A DNA stretch of 64,000 nucleotides, taken from the NCBI GenBank assembly GCA_965223865.1, contig OZ245020.1, positions 1,408,001-1,472,000 of the forward strand, given 5' to 3'. Every line of letters starts with the position of its first letter. Within the stretch, counting starts at the first letter, position 1. The notes beneath the pieces are model-generated. The model ran no database searches. It worked only from the letters and a program-made list of their open reading frames with translations, and was not told the origin of the DNA. A program made the translations under genes and the position numbers. Of the stretch, positions 57,901-64,000 are shown one piece after another. Source of the DNA: Nitrosarchaeum sp. GTDB taxonomy: Archaea > Thermoproteota > Nitrososphaeria > Nitrososphaerales > Nitrosopumilaceae.

Positions 57901-58290
57901 TTGATCAGAAGTTCTTTCATCGGTAATCAAGTTAGTTGTATTACTTGATAATTCATTTAGTTTTCGTTGTACATAATTATAATCAGATTGATACAAAGAA
58001 CGGCCTTTTGATAGTGCATCATGTATAGATTGAAGCCGTCCATAATCACCAGCATCAGAATCAATTAGTTTGTCAACAAGGGGTAAAAGATCACTTTGAG
58101 GAACTTCTTCACTTTTAAATTCAAATGAGGATTCTAATAATTTTTCTAGGTACAGTCTATCAGTATTAAACAGAGTTTTGTTATTTCGAAGTGATTCACG
58201 AATGTGATCTAATCTCCCTACATCACCTTTACCAAGATCTATTAATTGGCCAATTCTTTCAATGGTTTCTTCAATAGTTAATTCTTGCAT
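54916..58290 (-). CDS. 1124-aa protein: duplicated N-terminal GD.GRL module, 13x42-aa coiled-coil repeats, Lys/Pro-rich H1-like tail
   Basis: Long ORF; repeat structure read directly. Confidence 0.85.
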   Translation of the reverse strand: MQELTIEETIERIGQLIDLGKGDVGRLDHIRESLRNNKTLFNTDRLYLEKLLESSFEFKSEEVPQSDLLPLVDKLIDSDAGDYGRLQSIHDALSKGRSLYQSDYNYVQRKLNELSSNTTNLITDERTSDQTNEANQKSKENMTIRGTMPKGWNSNQFTVEDSYVVNKNNIEESKIKEVIYTESENPDFSKTNQTNIEGKKEIESAKAELLSQIKRERESISSQINLFEQISAQKAELEKIKIERTAVLEKIKKERESLMKDSESQKAELIQAQKEQEEVEKNIQQEKIHLEEMRESQKTRLHEQAELSKQLEEEKLELEKSKNEINKIINELKQEQQSLENEYSIQKENLAKLQAEKQSLEKTQSDYDDLLDQIEKEKQAIAADSKLQAESLPKLQAEKQSLEKTQSDYDQLLEQVKQEQQSLENEYSIQKENLAKLQAEKQSLEQAQSDNEKLMQKINQEKQDIDSKSKLEEKNLAKLQAEKESLEKTQSDYDDLLDQIEKEKQAIAADSKLQAESLPKLQAEKQSLEKTQSDYDQLLEQVKQEQQSLENEYSIQKENLAKLQAEKQSLEKTQSDYDQLLEQVKQEQQSLENEYSIQKENLAKLQAEKQSLEKTQSDYDDLLDQIEKEKQAIAADSKLQAESLPKLQAEKQSLEKTQSDYDQLLEQVKQEQQSLENEYSIQKENLAKLQAEKQSLEKTQSDYDQLLEQVKQEQQSLENEYSIQKENLAKLQAEKQSLEKTQSDYDQLLEQVKQEQQSLENEYSIQKENLAKLQAEKQSLEQAQSDNEKLMQKINQEKQDIDSKSKLEEKNLAKLQAEKESLEKTQSDYDDLLDQIEKEKQAIAADSKLQAESLPKLQAEKQSLEKTQSDYDQLLEQVKQEQQSLENEYSIQKENLAKLQAEKQSLEQESELQKENLAKLQAEKESLEKFKSEHDVLLSQIEEEKTTLSNYEKIKNSLQTEKNELIKSKEKRLELINSISKEKQLISIQKKEEMKKHKEQQILVRQLEREKANYEKLKIKQEKKEQKIKDDIKKLKIKQEQTKQKISEQQNKPKVAKPKKATKPKVAKPKKATKPKVAKPKKATKPKVAKPKKATKPKVAKPKKATKPKVAKPKKATKPKVTKS
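54928..55137 (-). repeat. 33-bp tandem repeat, 6 full copies plus a partial (KPKVAKPKKAT)
   Basis: Identical units of TACTTTGGGTTTGGTAGCTTTTTTAGGTTTGGC. Confidence 0.95.
55606..57243 (-). repeat. 126-bp tandem repeat x13 of three unit types (order ABCABBABBBCAB)
   Basis: 13 x 126 = 1638 bp between matching LAKL/KEN boundaries. Confidence 0.93.
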
Positions 58291-58409
58291 TTACCTCATC
58301 TGAAATCCTATCATTTTTGATTAATGTAATGACAGGATAAAAAAACTTTTGAAAATTCATTTTGTGGAAATTATCAAACACGATCAAACTACGCTCTCAA
58401 AAAAATTAA

Positions 58410-58541
58410 GCAGAAGGCAAGATGTTTCCATCTTCAAGATTCAGTTCATGCTCTGAACTGAGCAAAGTGACCATTGTCACTTTTATTACGCTTATTTCAT
58501 CGTAATTGATCAATTTCTTGACCATCTCTGAGCCTTTCTGC
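58410..58541. ncRNA. Candidate multibranch structured RNA
   Basis: Nested GCAGAAGGC/GCCTTTCTGC, AGATG/CATCT and TCAAGA/TCTTGA enclose three hairpins. Confidence 0.5.
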
Positions 58542-58718
58542 GCTTTACATCCCAGAATTATTTCAAGAATGCAATATTATTACGCATTGATAATATTTAT
58601 TGATGATCTATAATTTCTATATAATTACTATATAGAATAAAATAAAAATTAAAAATATTTGAAATTTTTTTTGGATTTATTCAAATTTTTTAGCAACTAA
58701 TGTATCTTAAAACCAGAT

Positions 58719-59549
58719 TTAGAGTCTTTTTGATAATTGTTTTTTTTGTCCTACAAACAAAATACCAACAATTGCGATTCCTAGAATGGTCATAGTCATA
58801 ACACCAAATTCTGGAACTACGGTAGTCCCAACAATTGTAATTAATTTTGAATTCTCAGTCAACATAATATTGAGAACCCCTAGATCATTTTCTTTTACAT
58901 AATCAAATTCAGAGATCATTTCCCCGTCCACCCAAATTACAAAAGGACCTTCAATCAGATCGAAAGGAAGTCGTAATGTCAAATTATGATCGTCTGATTT
59001 TGCATTTCCAACTATCTCAAAGGTTATTGATTTTTCATCTTCATTAATGGATGCATTGGATAGTAATCCATCGAAATCATATTCCACATCAAATGTGGTC
59101 AATCCATCGCCAGCATCTGCACCAACTTGAGGAAGAATTTGAAATCCTTCAATAACAAACACAGTTCCAGTCATCCAGGGATGAACAAGACAATAGTATG
59201 GATACTCATCTTTTTCGGTAAAAATAAAAGAAAATGATTTTCCAGGTGCAAATAAACCACTATCAAACATGTCATCTGGTCCATCAGTAGGAGTTCCAGA
59301 AGTTACGGTATGTGCAGCAGTATCTGCATTTTTCCAAACCACTTCATCACCAATCTCTATTGTAATATCGCCAGTAGTACTACCGTCTTTCTCACTTTGC
59401 CAGAAATATGGCGCATCAGGACTGGCAGCACCTGTGGGAATATTGATATCATAACTTGAAAAACCATATACCGGTCCTACCATAGAAAATACAAATAATC
59501 CAAAAATTGCAGAAAGCAAAAAAAGAGATTTCATAAATTTACTTTGCAT
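58719..59549 (-). CDS. Plastocyanin-like blue copper protein with PEFG-CTERM anchor
   Basis: Signal peptide, W.N.D.AAHTVT, Y.C..HPWM.G, VVPEFG plus TM and basic tail. Confidence 0.92.
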   Translation of the reverse strand: MQSKFMKSLFLLSAIFGLFVFSMVGPVYGFSSYDINIPTGAASPDAPYFWQSEKDGSTTGDITIEIGDEVVWKNADTAAHTVTSGTPTDGPDDMFDSGLFAPGKSFSFIFTEKDEYPYYCLVHPWMTGTVFVIEGFQILPQVGADAGDGLTTFDVEYDFDGLLSNASINEDEKSITFEIVGNAKSDDHNLTLRLPFDLIEGPFVIWVDGEMISEFDYVKENDLGVLNIMLTENSKLITIVGTTVVPEFGVMTMTILGIAIVGILFVGQKKQLSKRL

Positions 59550-59657
59550 AATTGCTTAAAATGGTTTTGTTGTACTCAAAAAACAAATTTGAGAATAACA
59601 CAGAAGGTAAATTTGAAAAAGATTTGAATTTATTTAGATGGACAAAATATCAAAAAT

Positions 59658-59897
59658 GTGAAGAGTGGTTCGACAATAATTATTGTAGGAATTACAATGG
59701 TTATTTCAGGACTGATAACGTTTTATTCTATTCAGAGTAACTCTAATTTGGATCCCTTATTCAGGGAGATAAAGCATGCAGGGACGTTTGTAGGCTTAAT
59801 GGGATTTGGAGTAATAATGGCAGGAATTTTGTTATATTTGATGAATAGAAATCAGCCAGCATTACAAGAAGATTACGATGCAGAAATGGATATCTAA
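59658..59897 (+). CDS. Small two-TM protein
   Basis: Two hydrophobic helices, KHAGTF. Confidence 0.7.
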   Translation: MKSGSTIIIVGITMVISGLITFYSIQSNSNLDPLFREIKHAGTFVGLMGFGVIMAGILLYLMNRNQPALQEDYDAEMDI

Positions 59898-59912
59898 GTC
59901 ACCTGCTAGGTT

Positions 59913-60104
59913 CTAGGTGCTTGAAAGTAATTTCTTGTATTCCTCAACAGGAGTGACAAATTTGCATGTCTTACAAAATAAGACCTCTTTATTCACCATG
60001 TCACTAATGGATGTAGGAATTTTTCCACAGTATAGCGACTTGTTTTCACAATTAGGGCATCTTGCCAACAAGTGATTCATTCCATATTCATTTGTCATAT
60101 TCAT
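59913..60104 (-). CDS. Zinc-ribbon protein, paralog of 26589-26768
   Basis: L.A.CPNC...L.CK.CK....V..YK..L. Confidence 0.75.
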   Translation of the reverse strand: MNMTNEYGMNHLLARCPNCENKSLYCGKIPTSISDMVNKEVLFCKTCKFVTPVEEYKKLLSST

Positions 60105-60204
60105 AAGAATAGTACAGAATCATCGTATATTAGTAAAAAGTAGAAGTTCTACTAATGCCTAGAAAGTCAGAATTTATAATAATGACAAATTTCAAGTTTA
60201 GGAA

Positions 60205-60630
60205 TTGCCTTCAGGAACTTGGATTGGTGGAATTTTTTTCAAAGACGAAGGAGGATATGAGATTATCTTAAAATCACTAAATCACTACAAGAAAAGATTG
60301 AGAACCATTGGAAACAGTCCAGAACTAAAAGATTCAGCTGCAATGTTTGCGTCAATATTACAGCAAGAGGCAACTAAGACAATTCCCAAAATTGAAGGGA
60401 CGATAAAAAAGATTAATGATTGTTTATCAGGAATCCAGTCAGTAGATTCATTGATTCAAGACATACCATTTTTTCAAAAAGCACTTGAATGTTATGATTC
60501 AGATATCAAAAAGGCTCAAAATACAGGATATGAGTATTTTGTGAATTTAGTAGGAGATTTATCAATTGCAAAAGATGAAATCATCCTTATTAAAAACGCA
60601 CAAAAAAAGATTAACCAGTTTTCAAACTAA
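60205..60630 (+). CDS. Hypothetical helical protein
   Basis: 141-aa ORF. Confidence 0.65.
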   Translation: MPSGTWIGGIFFKDEGGYEIILKSLNHYKKRLRTIGNSPELKDSAAMFASILQQEATKTIPKIEGTIKKINDCLSGIQSVDSLIQDIPFFQKALECYDSDIKKAQNTGYEYFVNLVGDLSIAKDEIILIKNAQKKINQFSN

Positions 60631-60631
60631 A

Positions 60632-60862
60632 TTAAATTCCCTGCAAATACCAGTCTAGGTAAGGTTGAAGGTTTTTACAAAGTTTCTTCTTTTCAGATTC
60701 CTCATGAGCATTAGGTATTGCTTGAATTTTTCCTTCAAGATAGTCCCTAGTCAAATTACTCTTAAAGTGATTCTTTATTTCATCGAGAGTTTTAACTATT
60801 GTCTCAGACGGAATATTCTCAAAATTATTTAAAATTTCCTTTGTTTGCTTTTGTAATGACAT
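60632..60862 (-). CDS. Small hypothetical protein
   Basis: 76-aa ORF. Confidence 0.6.
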   Translation of the reverse strand: MSLQKQTKEILNNFENIPSETIVKTLDEIKNHFKSNLTRDYLEGKIQAIPNAHEESEKKKLCKNLQPYLDWYLQGI

Positions 60863-60912
60863 CTATTCGCAAAAAATTATTGCCCTTATTATTTTTTCAT
60901 AAATCGATAAAA

Positions 60913-61146
60913 TCAGGAAACATCCTCATCATCCCAAGTGATACGAAATCTTCCAACTGCTCTGAACATTTGCAGCCGTCCTCCTTTTTTGAATTTTAAT
61001 TTGTAGGAATTTTGAGAGGTATCCTCAATATCGAGGGGAGTATCATCATCAAGTGCTTCAAAAATGATTGGGTTTGTTGAAATTTGTTTCCATTCATCAG
61101 GTTCAAAATCAAGATAGAATTTTGTGTATAGTAACCCCATTTTCAA
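60913..61146 (-). CDS. Small hypothetical protein
   Basis: 77-aa ORF. Confidence 0.65.
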   Translation of the reverse strand: MKMGLLYTKFYLDFEPDEWKQISTNPIIFEALDDDTPLDIEDTSQNSYKLKFKKGGRLQMFRAVGRFRITWDDEDVS

Positions 61147-61426
61147 TAGAATGTAAATTTTTCTTTTATAAAAAACTAGACAGACCCCTATTTTTGAATT
61201 ACAGTAAACAAGTACAGGGTTTGAATATAGAGATTTTTTAAAATCAAACAGGAATCAAGCAGACTCTAAAATACCATGTGAAGAATAGTCTCATCTATCT
61301 AGGCGTGCTATCTAAAATCATATTTTGTTTTTCATATGAAGATTGAAGTTTGGTTGAATATTATGTTGGTAAAAGGTCAATTTTTCAAATGTAATCCTTT
61401 TTTCCGTTTTTTTTAAAAAAACAAGT

Positions 61427-61549
61427 ATGAGTCAACAAATTACTCAAAATAAGAACAAGAAGGAAGTTTCTAAAGCAAAAGTGTATGCAAAAGTCTACCG
61501 TAAAATGATTCGTCAAATGGTGAAAAATTCTCAAGACGAATGTTTGTAG
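61427..61549 (+). CDS. Possible 40-aa basic microprotein
   Basis: MSQQITQNKNKKEVSKAKVYAKVYRKMIRQMVKNSQDECL*. Confidence 0.35.
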   Translation: MSQQITQNKNKKEVSKAKVYAKVYRKMIRQMVKNSQDECL

Positions 61550-61772
61550 AGTAATGCACCAAGCAGTTAGAAATTTAGCAGCAAAATTAATTCAGAATGG
61601 TTTAATCAATAATACAAGGTAATTTTTGTACAATAAAGATTACAATGTTATTTAGCAGTACAAAAATTTGCCATTAGAATAATAAAAAACACTAACGATG
61701 TCAAAATACTATAAGTTACTATTAATCTAACAAATTCTGCGTATCATTTTAGTCAAAAAAGGAGTACAATTT

Positions 61773-61832
61773 CATAGGCAGGAGAATCACTTGTTCGGCC
61801 CACAAGTCAAACATCATATGACCCTGCTTATG
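61773..61832. ncRNA. Candidate hairpin sRNA
   Basis: CATAGGCAGG/CCTGCTTATG closing stem, inner ACTTGT/ACAAGT. Confidence 0.4.
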
Positions 61833-62010
61833 GACAACATCAGACTATTTACATTATAAACTAAAAACATTCCTCAACATTGGTTCATTATAGAATTTGA
61901 TTTATGTAAAACAAAAAAACGATTTAAAATTCTACAGAGGAATTGGTCATTAGTTTTCAAAAACAAGGAGGTTTTGTCTGTTTTTTCTTAGGCAATTAGA
62001 AAAAATTAGT

Positions 62011-62139
62011 TTAATCCATTTTTCTACTACCTTCAAGTATTCCAGAATCACCATGAATTCTATCAATATGCTTTGAAAGCGTTTCCTTACCCTCAAAAAT
62101 GGATTCACAGTAAGGGCAGGAGAATTTTTCTTCAGACAT
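62011..62139 (-). CDS. C2H2-type zinc-finger microprotein
   Basis: F.CPYC...F.....L..H....H. Confidence 0.75.
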   Translation of the reverse strand: MSEEKFSCPYCESIFEGKETLSKHIDRIHGDSGILEGSRKMD

Positions 62140-62480
62140 ACTGGTTAGTGATTTATGTGTCTTTTTAGCCTTACTCAAAATATCGTTCCTGATCAGTGCC
62201 AAACATTAGCTATTACGTTTTTAATTAATGAAATGCAATTAAGGGCATGATAAAAATATCAGATCTTCGAGTTTGTACTAATTGTTCTAATGTTTTTTCT
62301 AGACAGGGTGGAATGACTCTTAAACATAACTGCCCTCATTGTGGTTCTGAGAATTCTGAGGCAATATCAAAAGAAGAATAAACAAAAATATCATTTATTA
62401 GATTTGATTTTCTGAAAATCCTATTTCCAGTATTGATATTCTTCATTTTACTAAAATACAAAATCAGAGGATAGCTCAAT

Positions 62481-62948
62481 ATGGTGATTGAAAAAAGTGC
62501 AAATCTACCGGTAAAAGAAATAATGAATCCAAACGTTGTTTCAGTAGGATCAGATGCAACATTAATTGAAGTTTCAGAGCTAATGAAAAAACACAAAATT
62601 GGATCTGTGGTAATCGTTGAGGAGGACAAAGTCATAGGAATAGTGACTGAACGAGATTTTGCTACAAAAATCATATTAGAATCTCATTTGCCAAACACTA
62701 AGGTTTCTGCAGTAATGTCAACTCCTGTAATTCATGTAGAATCAAATCAATCTGTGTCAGATATAATTGAAATAATGGCCAACAAGGAAATACGTAAGGT
62801 TCCAGTAATAGATGAAGGAAAGATAGTTGGGATGGTAAGTGGAACAGAATTTCTACGCCTTTTTGTTCAAGCCTCTGATCAGGACATGAGAAAGATATAT
62901 CAAGAATATGTAAAAAGAATCTATTCTAATTGGTTTGAGGATGACTGA
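62481..62948 (+). CDS. CBS-pair protein
   Basis: GIVTERD, VMS.PV, I..VPV. Confidence 0.9.
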   Translation: MVIEKSANLPVKEIMNPNVVSVGSDATLIEVSELMKKHKIGSVVIVEEDKVIGIVTERDFATKIILESHLPNTKVSAVMSTPVIHVESNQSVSDIIEIMANKEIRKVPVIDEGKIVGMVSGTEFLRLFVQASDQDMRKIYQEYVKRIYSNWFEDD

Positions 62949-62989
62949 TGCTAGGAATTAAAAGTAAGGAAATTTGACCCACAATTAAT

Positions 62990-63424
62990 ATGGATTTTAA
63001 AAATATTTTAGTTGCTTACGATTCTTCAGGCTTTTCAAACAGAGCTTTCAAAAGCGCATTAGACATTGCAGAACCAAATAAAAGTAAAATTACTATTGCC
63101 ACAGTGGTAACTGGTGTGTATCAGCCCTCAATCGGATTTACAATGAAATATGCAGAAAAAACATTAGAAAAACACAAAAAAATCATTAAAAAAATATTTT
63201 CAAATCTAGAATCTGCAGCAAACAAAAAAGGGGTAAGTCTCTCCTTAAAAATTTTGCACAATCCCTCTGTATCAAAAGGAATTCTAAATTATTTAAATTC
63301 ACACAAATTTGATGTGATTGTTATTGGATCTCATGGCAGAACAGGACTTAACAAAATTATTTTGGGCAGTGTTGCAAATGACGTAGCACACAAAGCAAAA
63401 ATTCCTGTAATGGTGGTAAAATAA
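62990..63424 (+). CDS. Universal stress protein
   Basis: ILVAYD.S, IVIGSHGRTG, LGSVA, PVMVVK. Confidence 0.92.
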   Translation: MDFKNILVAYDSSGFSNRAFKSALDIAEPNKSKITIATVVTGVYQPSIGFTMKYAEKTLEKHKKIIKKIFSNLESAANKKGVSLSLKILHNPSVSKGILNYLNSHKFDVIVIGSHGRTGLNKIILGSVANDVAHKAKIPVMVVK

Positions 63425-63427
63425 AAA

Positions 63428-63862
63428 ATGACGATCACAAATATTCTAGTTCCCTTTGATGGTTCCAAGTACTCAGTCAAAGCATTTAATGCTGCATTAG
63501 ATATCGCAAAAAAGCAAAATGCAAAAATCATTGTTCTTACTTGCTTGGAAAAAGAAAATCTAGGAGCATGGTATGTCGATAACAGAGTAAATAAGCAAAT
63601 AGTAAAAGATGCAAAAAAATTTGCAATAGATTTTCTCACAAAGCTGAAAAACAAGGCAGAGAAGGTAGGAGTTTATGTTTCTGTAAACGTGCTTAAAACA
63701 AAATCAATATCAAAGCAGATTGTTAATTTTGCAAATTCAAAAAAGATTAATCTAATTGTAATTGGATCTCATGGGCAATCAGGATTTAACCAATTTCTCT
63801 TAGGCAGTGTTAGTAATGCAGTAAGCCAATCAGCAAAATGTCCAGTTTTGATAATAAAATAA
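63428..63862 (+). CDS. Universal stress protein
   Basis: ILVPFDGS, IVIGSHG.SG, LLGSVS, CPVLIIK. Confidence 0.92.
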   Translation: MTITNILVPFDGSKYSVKAFNAALDIAKKQNAKIIVLTCLEKENLGAWYVDNRVNKQIVKDAKKFAIDFLTKLKNKAEKVGVYVSVNVLKTKSISKQIVNFANSKKINLIVIGSHGQSGFNQFLLGSVSNAVSQSAKCPVLIIK

Positions 63863-64000
63863 ACAAGAGTAGGACAAAACGATATCAAATCAATGCCCGT
63901 GTTATTTCGATTTAATGTATCAGAATTAGTACATTAGATTCATGTTTTATTATTATAGAAATTCTGACGTAGGTTTTTTGTATTTTCTTGAATGAAACTC

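Overview
AT-rich chromosome segment of a marine ammonia-oxidising archaeon (Nitrosopumilus-like Thaumarchaeota, inferred from gene content such as CdvB, PEFG-CTERM cupredoxin, a TFB paralog and PurP). Core blocks are bioB-bioF, ccdA-DipZ-like, cdvB, psmA, the rpl3-rpl6 ribosomal cluster, tRNA-Asn(GTT), purC, purSQLF, tatCA, ubiX, purP and CBS-TrkH. These alternate with accessory regions at about 15.8-18.2, 20.8-35.5 and 50.9-64 kb. Main unexplained signals: (1) a 10-bp box TTAGCACTAG lying 57-58 bp upstream of the start codon of six or seven genes, defining a probable regulon inside an island with photolyase, a B12-cap protein, DICT proteins and a TFB; (2) several unannotated structured intergenic elements, including two with a shared promoter and closing stem but different interiors, probably an sRNA family; (3) four 11-6-11 palindromes and a MITE-like element next to tRNA-Asn; (4) many Cys-rich microproteins missed by the ORF track; (5) a 1124-aa modular coiled-coil protein with a histone-H1-like tail; (6) several disrupted accessory genes. 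All family calls come from motif recognition by eye; no database searches were run.
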